Counted from the first letter of the stretch, positions 48,601-62,665 are shown. The stretch: 64,000 bases of DNA from Vermamoeba vermiformis (GCA_045837725.1 JBEWZL010000163.1:124001-188000); one strand, 5' to 3'. Notes: generated by a model not told the origin, from the sequence alone. Translations and numbers: made by a program.

Positions 48601-49354
48601 TCAGAAAGAATTAGTTATTGCGGTTGGTTGACACATTGACACAATGAAATTTACCTCAAGTTCATTCGGAGACATTTCGCTTATCTCTGCAACTAAAGGC
48701 AGTACCGTTGACTTGAGGTATTTGAGCCCTGCGTCTTTATCGGAGAACTGCCTGAACATTAACTGCGTGACAAAACTACCCTTCCGAAACAGCTGATCTG
48801 GCTCGTCTATTGACAACAGTTAGACATCGAGCTTTAAAAGGTTAATGGTAATCAATACCTGTTCGATTCACTTCATTTTGAATGGCCCATTGCATGAAAA
48901 TACGATCTTTATCGTGCGCTTCGTAATACCGGGCTAGCACTTCCGCTAATTCATTTTCTTTGCCCTGGATTAATCGACCGTAAGACCGTTGCCTTGATAA
49001 AATGCTACGTCGTTATTATCGTAATGTTCTTACTTGTTCTCCTGACACCAGCTCCACGAGTTGACCAATTAAATCGAAATTGGTTTGTAATTTCTGTTCG
49101 TGAAATGAATCATTAAATGTATGGCTTAAGTGTTTTATGAATCGACTTTTAAGCTGTATTTGTTCCATTATTTGATATTATAAAGAGGAATATTTTTAAC
49201 ACATCCGGATTCAATCCACTGTGGTTCTGCGGTTAAACGGGAATTACAAATTAGTACTTACCCCTTCTAGTATATCCTGAGAGGTAGTCAAATATTCGTT
49301 AATACTGCGCTTGATTGATCGTGGACTAAGAGCTTCCAACTTTCTTTCCGTCAT
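45653..49354 (-). CDS. RasGAP domain plus START domain protein
   Basis: RasGAP motifs QLFRKGS, GLKYLKSTVLPLV, ILFLRYLCPTILQP. START motifs KFPFPFQDREVLF, HPSKGVVRAH, FDPKGTVPKW. S/K-rich tail. Confidence 0.8.
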
Positions 49355-49871
49355 CTGCGTCGTATATTTGTTCTATCTGATCATAGAGAAAAAAATTGAA
49401 TACTCGTACTTAAATATCACTGTTGTAATATTTCTTGTTGCGGAGTAAAAGAAATAATTAACGCTGGATCGAAATTTTATTCTTGCAAGTAATTTTAGCC
49501 GTTTGGCAACTTAAACTTCGGCTATTGTTCCGTGAATAGAGTATATGATAATAATACCATTTGTAAATTTAACTAAACGGTAGATAATTTATAAATTGAT
49601 CCTTGGCTTACCAATTTAGGATGTCCACTACAACCATCGCCGCAGGCAAACTGAATATAAATATATGTTCCACTCGTGTCAGCAATACAACTTCGTGAAT
49701 AAGAACTAACACCCTCTCCTCCGAGACCCAAAACAACGTGGGAAAAAAAAAATCTCCCAGCGAGGTTTTGCGAGTATTTCAGCCAAATCAGGACAAAAGG
49801 ACAAAAGGACACATCGCATTGAATCATTTATATACCAAGCGTATTGATACGCACTCTCGCTCGGAGTTGCA

Positions 49872-51426
49872 TTAGTTCAAAACCTCAGGGTTGACGCAGC
49901 TGGGCAACTTCTCACCGCGCAGACGAGCGAGAATGTTGCGAGCAGCCAAGAGACCCATCTCAGTACGTGTATCCTTGGTAGCAGAGCCAATGTGGGGCAC
50001 GATCACGGCATTGTGGCACTCAGCCAAGCCAGGGGCTAAAAACAATCTCGCAGTTAGTATCTCGGGTAGATCCGCGATGTTAAAGCAACAGCTGTTACGT
50101 ACCGAGCTCGGGCTCGTCTTCGAAGACATCGAGACCAGCACCACCGATCCAACCCTCCTTCAAGGCACGAACTAAGGCCTTCTCGTTGATAACGGGACCT
50201 TAAATACCTTGATTAGCAACGGAAATGAGCGCAATGCAGTGCAGATATGACCTCGTGAGCAGGTAACACGTGCTAAATACACGCGATGGTGCTGTGAGGT
50301 CCGCTACACGATCGATAGTTACCTCTGGCGGCGTTCAACAAAATAGCGTTCTTCTTCATCATCTTGAGTTGAGGCTCGTCAATCATGTGGTGAGTCTTGG
50401 GATCCAAAAATGGGTGCAAGGTGATAAAATCAGATTCCTAATCGGTAAAAACTATTAATAAAATACAAATTTTTTTTCTTCTCTTTCCTATTAAGGTAAA
50501 ATTGTCCGTAAAAATAGCTCTTACTCACCTTCAACAAAGTTTCCATAGAAACCAACTTAGCGCCCAACTCCTTAGCATAAGGCTTCTCGTCAATGTCGTG
50601 GTAAATGATGTTCATGTCGAAACCCTTGGCGCGCTTGGCAACAGCGTAACCGATGCGGCCAAATCCAACGATACCGATGGTCTTGTGGTGAACGTCATTG
50701 CCCAACAACAACAAAGGCTCCCAACCCTTGTAGTTGCCGTTGCGGAGCTAGTGATAGAGTTAAAGAAAAATTTTTGTACGATCTGGATCTCAAAATGTGC
50801 TAAGAAGGAATAATTAAGGATACGAAAGTGTCGGACTCTACGATGCGGCGAGCAGTGGCAAGCAACAAAGCGAAAGTAAGATCGGCGGTAGTGTCGGTGA
50901 GCACATCAGGAGTGTTAGAAATAGGAACCTTGCGTTCAGTAGCAGCCTATTAATTATGAATTAATATCAATATTATTAAATAGCGAGCTCGAAAATTAAG
51001 CACTACAATTTAGAAAACTGAAATATCAATATTTAGTGCTTCTAATTGAGGTAGAAAATTGCAAAGAATTTTAGCGTGCCCTCGCAGTAATTAAATTTCC
51101 ATTGCCTACCTTAACATCAATATTGTTGTAGCCGACAGCATAGTTAGCCACGATCTTAAGTTTAGGATTTTGATCCAAAAGAGCTCCGTCGACCTTATCA
51201 GTCAATTGAGACAAGACTGCATCAGCCCAACGAACACCTTCTTCCAATTCTAGCAATATTACGCATTAGCAACGATAAGAGAATCTTTTTTCCGAAGATC
51301 GAGCCTACCTTGACGAGTGAGCACGCGATTATCGGGGTTGACTTTAACTTCAGCAACCTCAGGGGCGTTCTTCAAGAGTTCAATAGCCTCTTCAGGGATT
51401 CTGCGAGTGATAAATACTTTAGCCAT
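49872..51426 (-). CDS. D-isomer-specific 2-hydroxyacid dehydrogenase (glyoxylate/hydroxypyruvate reductase-like)
   Basis: [73 protein letters not shown]. Confidence 0.93.
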
Positions 51427-51654
51427 GGTGGTGTTTGTGTTCGAGCTGATCAGCAAAACTAATTTCACCAAGGGACGCGAAGAAGGTCTCAAAAAATCTG
51501 GAGAATGCCACTTCAAACTTATTCTGGAACGAAGTAACAGCGACAATCACAGAATAGGCAATAGAATAGGCTATTTACTGCAAGCTCGTGTTCTGATCGC
51601 GACTCACAAAACGTATTTACAACTGTACAGGGATACTAACCAAGTACTACAGTT

Positions 51655-54354
51655 CTAATAGATATCAATCACCGCACCTGCCCATTTGAGCTTGAGTCTG
51701 GTCATGAACGACACTCCCACGCCCTCAAAGGTTGCGTCTTTCAATATCGCGTTGGGCAGGCTGACAGTGCCACTCAGATCCGCTCCTTTAATATTAGCTG
51801 AGGACAAATCTGCCTTATTGAATGATGTCTTGTCCATAGCATTGTCTACTAGCTCACACTTCTTCATATTAGCGTTGGAGAAGTCGCAGCCACTCAGATC
51901 TGTGTTGTGCAGTTTGGACTCGCTCAAATCAGCTCCGTCAAACATTGTGCCTTTCAGCTGAGCATTGGACAGCTCTGCTCCGTGTAAGTTCGTGCCAGAC
52001 ATGTCTGCATAGTGAACAACAGCATTCTTCAGCATGGCACGTTCTAGCTTGCTATTGGTCCAGCGTGTTTGACTGAGCTGCACGCCCTCAAGATTAGCGT
52101 CGGTCATGTTGACCTCTGAGAACACTGTCTGAGGGAATGAACACGTGGTCAAGTTGAAGCCTGAGAACGACGTGTCATTGACAGCGGCGCCATCGAACTG
52201 ACAGCCCTGCAGTGAGGTGTCTAAGAACTGCACTTTGCGCAGCTCAGCACGGTGGAACTTTGCAGAGACGAGGGCGGAAGAAACGAGACTTGTGTTGATC
52301 AATCGAGCTCGTGTTAAGTCCATATTTGAGGCCTCTTTCATGAGCGAGAGTGTTGTGTTATCAATCGCCGCGGCTATCAGCACTGCAGAACACATTGTGC
52401 AGCCCTCTGACACGACATTGGTCAAGCTATAACAAGGGTCATGAGCAACTACTCAACAAAAAGGGCTTGTAACTTACGTAGCTCCTTCGAAAATTGCCGC
52501 CGTCAAGTCGCAGTCACGCATCGTAGCCCCTGTGAATGTTGCACCGGTGAAGCTACAGTTTTGTGCCGCTGAGAACAAGAACGCGGCGTCGGTGAATATT
52601 GCCCTGGAGAAGTCCGCGCCGAGTAGCGAGCACTTCTTTAGCGTCGATTTACTGAGGTCAGCGCCGATGAACTTGGCTGTAGGGACACAAATCAGTCAGA
52701 ACACGATTGCTTCTTTCGAGTGAAAAGACGTACCCAAAGAGCACTCCGCAGCGGTGAGTTTTGCGCCAATCAACTTCGCGTCTGACAATAGTGCATCGGC
52801 CATTTTAGTGTTGTCCAAATCAGCGCCAGACAAATCAGCGCTTGTCAGATTAGTGCCCTTCAACTCGGTGCCAAACATCTTCACGCCACACAACTTGGCG
52901 CCAAAGAAGTTGAGTCCTGAGAGCATTTTCAAGCTGAGATCCAGTCCACTCATGTCCACGCCTTGCATGTCCGTGTCGTGCCACGTAGTACCTGCGACTA
53001 GTGCACCTACGAGCACAGCATGCTTCAAGTCAGTCTTGTTGAACGAGGTGCGAGTCAGATCTGCTTGGTGCATGTTCAGCTGAGTGGTGTTGCAGTTGTC
53101 AAACTTGGCTTCTTTGAGCAGTGCACGTGTCATGTTGCAATTGGTCAATGTAGTGCCGCTGAACTCACAATCTAAAGCATGTCAGTACGACAATATGAAA
53201 TGTATTAGCTTGCATACTCGACAAAATAGCGCCAGTGAAATCAACATTGATGAGAGTGGCATTGGTGAAGTTAGCTGCGCGCAGATCTGCTCCTGCAAAT
53301 GTGACTGCCGTGAGTTCGGAGCCAGTGAAGTTGACTCCTGCTAGTCTGGCCTCACTGAAGTCAGCATCGGACACGGTGAGACTGTTGAGCTGACTGGCCT
53401 GCATCACTGCTTTGACAAATGAAGCACGTGTCAAGTCTGCGCCAGTCAATATCACGCGGTACATTTGAGCCTCGAGACAATGCGCGTCAGTCAAATTCAC
53501 TTTGGTCAGTGTGCTGCCGTCAAATTTGCTCTTTGACAGGTCACTCTTGCTCAAGTCTGCTCGATCAAGTCTCGCTTCGCAGACATTGGCTCCCACAAAA
53601 GAACTGCCTTCGAGTGCAGCTTCAGACAAGTCACAGCCCTGTCACGTGTCAACAACCGGTCTTTTTGACGTGTAGATGTCACTTACTGATAAATCTGCGC
53701 CGATAAATTTGCATGACTTGGCATTGACCTTGAACAACTTGCTGCCAATCAGTTGACATTGCGTGAAGTCAGAGTTCGAGCACAGTGCCTCAGTCAAGTC
53801 TGCTTGATTCAGATTGGCCGCTGTGAAGTTGCACGAGGGCAAATTGCTGCCTAAGCGATGTTAGACAAGTGTTAATAATGCTGAAGAGAACGCGTTACCT
53901 TTCAAACTAGCGCCACTCAGATCAGCTTTCTGAAAGTAGGATCTACAAAATAACGTTGAATAATAGTAAATTAATGTCGATTTTGATTGCTATGCGCGGT
54001 TTTATTGAAATGTTGCCCTAATTTGCTCAATTTCAAGCTAAATTTCACTTTTACCCAAAAATAAAGGAAATAATTTTATTGTAATGATTAATATCGATAA
54101 TTATTAATCGACGATAATTTAAATAAAACGACGTACTTGGTGAAGTCGATGCCATCTAAGTTTTTAGACGGGAACTTAAAATTTTCAAAGTCGCACCACG
54201 AGAATCTTTTCTGAGCCTGTGTCAAGCGTACAATCACATCATCTTCGCTATAATGCACAAGTCTGGCCTTTTTCTTCGCTGGTGAGTCGATGTCATCGTT
54301 GGAACCAAACTGAGAATTAAAAGCTTCGCTCGCTGATCTTTTTCTGGATTCCAT
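51655..54354 (-). CDS. Long pentapeptide-repeat protein
   Basis: Hundreds of residues of A(D/N)LxX repeats across several exons. The N-terminus has basic NLS-like segments (SRKRS, PAKKKAR). Confidence 0.9.
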
Positions 54355-54742
54355 TGCTGCCTGTGGACTTGCTGACAAAATTACAGAATAATTTTTGGCG
54401 CATCAAGGTCCGGAATACTCGCAGCTTATTCTTGCGCAGAAATGAGTCAGCACTTCTTGTGGCGCAATTCTTCAACAAAAAGATGTTCATTTGGTGATTG
54501 CGTGGGAAATCTATTGTACGATGGCAATCGTAGTGCGGTATGCTCGCTAATTAACTCGTTGTGATGTCTGCTTCCGCTGGATCCGGATTAGGTAATCCGT
54601 TTGAGTCGTTTTTGCAGCACGCTGCTATTGCATTTCGGAGCTATCCACAATTGTCCTTTCATAACATTGCAAAATATGTGAATGAGGCGCGTGTTCATTA
54701 TTTGATGTGCTGAACTAAAAAATTCACTTTACATTTCTCGCG

Positions 54743-57604
54743 ATGATCGAGAGCACCAATCGCGGAACATTCACTCAAAGATTAGAAACTCGAGAATTAT
54801 CGAAAATATAGATAATTAATATCGACTTGAACTATAGAGGAAGTTGTCGAGTAATTTGTAACAGATGTGGGCAATATCGAATTTATTCAAGAACCTGCTA
54901 TCAGGACGAGAAGAGATCAGGTAACTATCATTAAATTACTCGAAAATTAATTCATTTAATTACAGCTCCATATTCTTAGCGTTCGTATTCGCCAAATTCC
55001 AACCAATTTTCTAATTTCAATTAATTTAATTAACCGCAATCTAGTGTGCCCTATGACAAAGCTGAAGAGCGAACTAAGCAAGAGAAGGTCACTCGCATGT
55101 TTAATACACCTCGCGCGAGAGCTAAAAGAGCAGAGGACAGCAAATTGTTCGATCACTTTATTGTAGTCGGATGTGAACAGAACGAAGACGTGACGCAAGC
55201 GAAGCCAAAGATATTATATCGATACCCCGATGATGCCAAGTAAGTACTCAACAATCTGCTGGCAATTTTGCTGTTTGATGAAAAGACGTCGTATTAGATC
55301 TGCATTTTTCGAATTTCATTCCGCAAATATTACTTAAATAAGCAAAGAGTAATTATTTTCACAATAATAGGCTTGAATTCCAATCCTTAGAAGACTTTTG
55401 CTTTCCGACGGGCTTCAATTCATCACACGTGCCCAAGATCGACATTGACGACAAGTACTTGAAAGATCTCGCTGCGCAGAAGATGCCAGTGCGTAACTTG
55501 CATATTAAGAACCAACAGAACTCGTTCATATTCACGCTGACCTCCGAGAAGAAAGAGATTCGTTACGGCATTTGTGTGATCGACGACGTCATTCAATCGC
55601 CGTCCTTTCTGAGCGTGACTGACAGCGACACACCGCACAAACAGCCCAGTCCGAGCACCAGCACACCGCGCAACACGAAGAGCTCGAATATATTCACACG
55701 ACTGCGACTGACTGGCAAGCAGAATCACAATGCTATGCGCTCGTACGCCTATTTGTTCATTACTTCTTATCCCTTCTTCAACTTGTACTTCGATCTCATT
55801 TACAACATTCTCGGTGCGTATATGACACTTCATATTGCCTTATTTGGACTAGACTAATGCTGACATCTACTGCAGAACTGGACTATTGCACGGGCATTGT
55901 CGCGACAGAGGTCACAGTGGCGCAGCAATTCACGTCAGAGACGCATCCTGTCCTCAAAGTATTGCACAAATTTCACGAGACAGCAGTCCCAGTCTCGGGC
56001 AAGGCATTCAAGTTTCAAATTGGCAATGGCATTGAGTTCCGTCGACCAGCCATTGAACTCGCGGAAGAAGACGAGCTCTTGGCCGAGTACTGCCTGCCGA
56101 TATTGTTTCACGTGCTCTCTGAAGCCAACATCTTGTGGATCTTGTCGGCCATTCTCTTGGAGAAGAAAATTGTCTTTGTCTCCAACAACCTGCGCGTGCT
56201 CTCATCGTGCGTGTAAGTACTAACCAGCTCTTTTACCATCGACTGATGGCAGTACTGACAACACCTGACAGATTGAGCTACGTGCCGCTCGTGCGGCCCT
56301 TCAGACTGCAGAGCGTGGTCATTCCAATCTTGCCTGACAAATTGCTGGGCTTTCTCGAGGCACCAGTGCCTGTGATGATTGGTGTGCCCAATGCTGACCT
56401 TGTTCGCCGCATTCGAGACCAGTTCACAGATGTTATTATTGTGGACATTGATCGCAACAGGATCGCGTGTCCCAGTGACATTAAAGTGCCCAACATCTCC
56501 AAGGCCACGCGTCTTGTCTCGCGCATTGCCCCGTACTATTCACAGTTCCAAAAGGTCACAAAGAAGATGCCATACTTCCCACAGCCTGATCAAACAGCGC
56601 TTGTTGAGTGCATTGCCAGCGAGACGAGCAAACACTTTGAATATCTGTTCAACGATTTTCAGCGCCACTGTGTCACTAACTTGACGAGTGGCATCAGCGT
56701 GTTCATGCGCGAGAGTTTCTTGTCTGAAACGAGCAGTCAGTTCTTGCGCGCGTTCATCGAGACTCAGACATTCGACGATTACGCAGGCAAGAAGCTTGCT
56801 GTCATTGACGCAGAAAAGAGACGCGAGTTCATGGAACTAATGCGACAACAAAAGCTGCAAGCGGAGCTCGAACAACAGCGCAAGGCAGAAGAAGCTAGCA
56901 AGAGAGGCACTGACGAGGAGTCAAGCGAAGAACAGCACGATGAGCACCAGTGTGATGACAAAAAGGACGAAAAGTCTGAAGAGCCATGCAAAACAGAGCG
57001 TGAACCAACCGAAGAGAAAGACAAAAGCCCCACAGAAGACAAAAAGTCAGAGGTCGAAAACAAACCAGACGAGGGCGAGAACAGCGAGCCAGTGCCAGAA
57101 TCACCGCGCAAGAAGACCCTGGTCGATCAGTCCCCGCGCCTGTCTCCCGGTGAAACTAAGCGCAAGTCACGCTCTGAAACACCACGCACCGAGAGTGGTC
57201 GCAGTACACCAAAACACAGCGGCTCTCGCACTCCAGCACGAGACAAGGAAGATCTTGACCCGAGCAGTGTCGTGAAACTGCTGACCCGCCTTGATTTGAG
57301 CGTGTTGATGCAGCTCGTGGAGGTCAAGAAAGCAATGGAAGACGGAAAGATCAATCAAGATCAACTGGAACGCGCGCTGTTAGTGCACGAGCAAACTCAC
57401 GCTGATCCGTCCTTGCTACTCAACAACAACAACAACAGCACCAACGCACCTGTAAATAATGTGAATAACGATCCACAGCAATCCGACGACACTGTGCAGC
57501 ACACGAGTGACAACAGCGATGACGAGGACATTCAAACAGCGATCGCTGAAGGTCAATCGAAGAGCCAACTCGTCAACTCAGATGAAGAGCACGGAGACGC
57601 GTAA
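54743..57604 (+). CDS. DENN domain protein (Rab GEF family)
   Basis: uDENN LFDHFIVVG..PKILYRYP..EDFCFPTG; DENN AILLEKKIVFVS, IPILPDKLLGFLEAPVPVMIG; dDENN FLRAFIETQTF. Start uncertain. Confidence 0.88.
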
Positions 57605-57873
57605 ATCATTCGAAAGTGATCGTTTACTGTATAACTGTACATAGAATGTAAATAAATGTATTCTAGATTCGAGGACCCTGTCAGTCCACAATTTAAGCAG
57701 TGAGATTTCACTCGCTCAATTTCTTCAATTCTACGCAGTTGTTGTTAGGCATCGCTTGGTGGTCATTCCGCACCACCGCCTGATCACTGGTTCATGAGCC
57801 GGTTAGCTTGCAATTCTGTGCACAGAATTGTTACGGCGTTCTTGTTCAATTGACCCATCAAGTCTTGTTCCAC

Positions 57874-59418
57874 TTAGATCCAGACTTTGTTCGAGTCAAA
57901 ATTGGGTCCGCCAAAGTAGTTCTCAAGCGTCTCCATGCAGTCCTTGACAGTCAACAAGGACATCAACATCTTGGTCAAGTAGTACGGAGTCATAGGCAGA
58001 CTCAACAGCGTGCCCAATCGACTGAAAGCAGCGGGGTCAAAGAACACTTCGTCCTTGTCAGTGCGCAGCGAGAACAAGGTCACTTCATTCGGCCACAACT
58101 CCCTCTCGCGCTGACCATGCTTCAAGAAGCGGGGCTTGGCTTTCTGTGGTAGATCTGGTTAATATCACCGTACACTAGTGAAAGGGAGCACAATACTCAC
58201 ATTGCAACCAGTCTTGCAGCGGCCATTGAGCAGACAATCAAAGCCAGACTTGGGCACAAAGCTGAGAAATATCGCCATTTCAGTCTTGCCCTCCACAGAC
58301 GCGTCTTCAATCAACAGCCGCAGACCCACACAGGTGCCGTCCTCGCAGAACACAATGACATCGGTCTTGACGAATTCAGGATTGAAGTAGGGGTACTTGT
58401 AGAAGTAGTTGAACTTGCTGCAGTGGCGGTGACAGATCACAAATGCGTGGTCTTGGTACCAGTGCAGAGTGCGCGCCAGGGCCTGAAAGGTGTCTTCGGG
58501 TGTCTCGCACTCCTCGTCCTCGCTCTCCTCAGCGGGGGCTGTCCATGTCTCTTTAATCGCCTCGCGCACGCCGTTCATGAAGTTCTGCATGCCGGTCTTC
58601 AGCGTCAGACTCGCGCCTTGACGACTCTTCTCGCGCTTCAGTTCCTTCAGCAGATCGCGTGAGGTGCCAGTGCCGAGGTCCGCAGCTTCGTATTTGTTAG
58701 CTAATTGGCGCAGTATTCTGTGGCTGGTAAAGTTGAGTTCAGTTCGCTTGCGATCCATCACGAATTTCTGCCACGTGATGTTGTGCTCTTGGATCTGCTC
58801 GCAACGCACTCGGGGAAAGAAGTGGATTGCGTGCATGCGCCATAAACAATGTGCACTATCTGATATGGCCTAATGAAGGAATCGGGTTAATTTTCTGGCA
58901 CAATTTCCTGATTTGGTAAATCCATTCGAATTTTATTTCTGCGCTGAATGATAAGCGCCTAAATATTGAATATGATGACGTTGTGTTATTGTATTGTTAT
59001 TGTCGGTTTTAGTGATATTTGAACGGTTTTGCAACACAATTTTCAAAAGAAACTAGAAGCTTCCAATAGATTCGAAATCACTGTTAATTTGTATTTAGCA
59101 AAATTAACGTTATATTACCTTCCACCGCTTAGAAACTACTCCAATTTTAACAAACCATTTGAATTCTAGCCACGAGAATATGTTAATCATCATATCCACG
59201 CATAAACACTCGATCGGAGTTCCTAATACACAAGCATTGTTCATCTCTAGCTGCATAATAAAGCTCTGATTTAATTCCTCCATGCTCATCGAATAATTGT
59301 TATTCGGGCCACATGTGCCTGTGTTGCACGTCGATAAACTCTGCGGCGCATCTTCCTCTACACGCCGTCGTTTCAACGGTGGTAACCCTTCATAGAGGGG
59401 TGAATAGTGTGTGGACAT
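57874..59418 (-). CDS. F-box protein
   Basis: F-box-like IECLCVDMMINIFSWLEFKWFVKIGVVSKRWK, followed by spliced exons 58165-58836 and 57874-58125. Confidence 0.65.
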
Positions 59419-60366
59419 TATAGGTGGGTATTGTGTATATGTACAGCGGGTCAGAATTAAAACTGTTTTTGACACGGGACACGAAGTCGTTGCAGTGTTT
59501 TTTTCAGGTATTCGAACACACAGGAGTTAGCACTAACTCCGAGGCCCGAGGACATTCTAGACGCTCTAGAATGCGCGAAAAAGAATTGCAGCAATGAATG
59601 GTCCGTGGCTTCGGTCGAACAGAACTGGAACCTTCGGAGAAGATCAATGCGAATTGTCGAACGAATTCTTTGGTACATTAACGAGTGAGGTGTTGTTTTG
59701 TGTTGATGGAGACAGTGGAGTGAACACGGAGATAACTCCGAGACCATGCAACGCACGTTAGGACATCTGCAATTTTTTTTGTATTTTTCAAACTATCTGA
59801 TCGAACCAAAAAAGACTGACTGCGAGCTGATTATTGGCTAATTAGTTAAATATCACCTGATTAATTAATTTGGCAATAATTTTCTGGTTTTAAACTAATC
59901 AATATCGTACCGATCTGCAGTCAGTCACTGGACAGAGCAATGCTAAGAACCCAAACAAGTTCGAAGTACTTCGACTGATCGAATGTGGCAATGAATCGTG
60001 CTTTATTGCGAGACACCTGCATCTGTTCACAGGTTTTATATGCCCTACACCCTCTGTTGCAGTGCTCTGACACTCAGCTCAGCGCTAGACTAGTGTATGA
60101 CTGACAATGTTCGAGTATACTTTGCTGTCACCACGATGGTGTCAAATTGCTGCCACTACACCGGGAGTTCTGATTTTCGGACAAGCAGATATTAGAGAAG
60201 TGCACAGACCACCACAACTAGTGATATCGTTAGGCCACGCGACTATATCGCTGCAGCTAAACTTGATAAGATTCGAATCTTCGCTGGCACACTTTAAATT
60301 CAGATAATGCGTCGTGTCATCATTCAAATACAACCAATAACACCACCAATCAACTACTATTCGACT

Positions 60367-61242
60367 ATGACTTCAGTGACGGTGCTCGGACTAGGACTCA
60401 TGGGATTCGCTCTCGCGCGCACTCTGTTGCAGCGCGGTCATCGCGTCACGGTGTGGAATCGCACGCTGGAGAAAGGTCGTGCCTTGGTCAGTGAGGGCGC
60501 AGTGCTCGCTGAGAGTGTGCTCGAGGCTGTCACAGCCAATCACGTGATCATCATCTGCGTGCACGACAGCACTGTCACTCGCAACATTCTCGAGAGTTCA
60601 GTCCAATTGTCCGCGGCCCTCAAAGGTCGTGTGCTCGTCGAACTCAGCACGCGCACACCACTCGACGCGAAAGAGGCTGAGCAGTGGGCCCAGACACTCG
60701 GCGCGGACTACTTGGCCGGGGCTATATTAGCAGTGCCCAGTCAGATCGGACAAGCAGGCAGCACTATTCTCGTATCGGGTTCAGCGACAGCGTACCACGC
60801 CAGTGAGAGCTACTTGCAACACCTCGCACAACACGTCTCATTTGTCGGGCCTGCAGTCGGTGCTGCAGCGACACTTGACTTGGCCTTTCTGTCCTATCTC
60901 TTTGCCGCCATGATCGGATTCGTGCACTCAGCACGTCTGTGTCAAGTGGAGGGCGTGCCAGTCACAGCACTCAGTGCCATGTTAACAGCTGCTATTCCTG
61001 CAACAGGTGTGATGATCACTGACCAGGCCCAGGCTATTGCCAGCGAGGACTATTCTCGGCCTGAGAGCACACTGGAGATCTGTGCGCAAGCCATGCAACT
61101 GCTGCTGCAACAAGCACGTGACACGCGCATGGACGAGTCATTCCCGCTGTTTGCGACTGATCTGTTCAAACGTGCCCTGGACGCTGGGCTCGGCGAAGAG
61201 AAAGTAGCCGCACTGATCAAAGTGCTGCGCGGCACCAAGTAA
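60367..61242 (+). CDS. Intronless NAD(P)-dependent oxidoreductase, imine reductase (IRED)/beta-hydroxyacid dehydrogenase family
   Basis: VTVLGLGLMG...VTVWNRT Rossmann motif, YLAGAILAVP, GAAATLDLAFLS. No introns. Confidence 0.88.
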   Translation: MTSVTVLGLGLMGFALARTLLQRGHRVTVWNRTLEKGRALVSEGAVLAESVLEAVTANHVIIICVHDSTVTRNILESSVQLSAALKGRVLVELSTRTPLDAKEAEQWAQTLGADYLAGAILAVPSQIGQAGSTILVSGSATAYHASESYLQHLAQHVSFVGPAVGAAATLDLAFLSYLFAAMIGFVHSARLCQVEGVPVTALSAMLTAAIPATGVMITDQAQAIASEDYSRPESTLEICAQAMQLLLQQARDTRMDESFPLFATDLFKRALDAGLGEEKVAALIKVLRGTK

Positions 61243-61403
61243 TCACTCTCATAATCATTAATAATAAATGACACGTAATTCTGATCTTGTGGGGTGTGTT
61301 CGACTGCTACGGCTTTATATTTAACAAAAATCGCGTACGAGGGGATATTAATTACACTAATAAGGCTGTACTAGACGAGTGTTCTATATTCACATAGGGA
61401 GAA

Positions 61404-62665
61404 TTATTCTTTTTCAGGTGCGGGCTTTTCAATATTGTTGTTGTTGTTGCTGTCTTTGGGTGTCTCGTGCGGTGTGGAGGGCGCTGACTTGTCTTTTTTG
61501 ACCTCTTTCTCTTTGCCCTTGGGTGTGCGCGGACTGGCTGCTTTCTTCTTCAAGTAGTCGGGATATTTCTTGTAATTGGACTTGGCTTTCTTCAAGAAGC
61601 TCTTGCAGCCAGTCGAGGTCGCCCAATTGATGACAAAGTTCGGGATCTGACCTCCCGGATCGAGCGGAGTGACGTAACACATCATCAGCTCCATGTTCTG
61701 TGCCTCGGCGCTATGAGGTCTGTACACCAAGTAGCGGTGATAGTTGGTCACGCGCACGACATTCTTGACAGGCGGGGCCTTGGAGTGCTCCACAGTCTTG
61801 TCCCACACGACCCACGCGCCGTGATCGAAGCGCTTGGCGTGTCGTGCAAAGACAAAGTCGCGGTCATTGAACAGCGGCAGGGGCAGTCCAAATCGCCACC
61901 AAATGATCGCGGGACTACCCTCGGGCAAGGCATCGATCACTTGCAGATTCGTCGTGCCACTGTCCCATTGTTTGCGGAACTCTAAGTCCTAGGACAAGCG
62001 ACGGGTTAGTACGATCTGAACTGATCCGGAGAAATTACGGAGTGTCGAGCACTTTGATTCAGCATATACAAAATATGAACCAGTTGGGGTATTTGCATTT
62101 CATATCATGCACTTATATTTAAAGATAAAATGCGAAAGAGAATTCAAGGCCGGCACAATGGATTCGTAACAGAAGCTACGGAAGTTTCTGATGTAGATAG
62201 ATATACATGACTTACGTTAAAGAATGTGTGGAAGGCATCAGTATCAACGCCGCGAAGTATTCCCCAAACTTTCCATCTGTTAAGAAATTTGATTAGTACA
62301 GTGTGGATGGTTTTAATTAAACAATTGATTGCCTTGATAATTACAAATATTGTCAAAAATAGTGCAAAAGCTATCTATTTTTCAAAATCTGAAATTTGTT
62401 GGATTTTAGAAAGTAGTTGAAAAAACTTCCGAAAAATAACGCACTTGTAGAGGCCACTCTCTTTATCAAGTTGTCTCCATATTTTCAGGTGATCTTTTGC
62501 TGGATCCTTTGGCGTGTAAGAAAGAAAACTCTCCCAAGCCGGATCTACACTTTGCACGTTCTCAGCAAAGGACAAGAACTCATTGAATGCGTCCTCGAAG
62601 TCCTTCTCGACAATAATATTCGCCAAGTCGATGGCTTGAGGGGTCGGCTGTTCTTGTTTCTCCAT
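61404..62665 (-). CDS. START domain lipid-transfer protein (PCTP/STARD2-like)
   Basis: DLEFRKQWD, IIWWRFGLPLPLFNDRDFVFAR, PPVKNVVRV, LDPGGQIPNFVINW. Confidence 0.85.

Noticed and set aside
17283-59418. Apparent clustering of ubiquitin-system genes (RING, HECT, F-box, BC-box-like)
   Set aside because: These families are abundant in eukaryotic genomes and are interspersed with unrelated genes. There is no evidence of a functional cluster.
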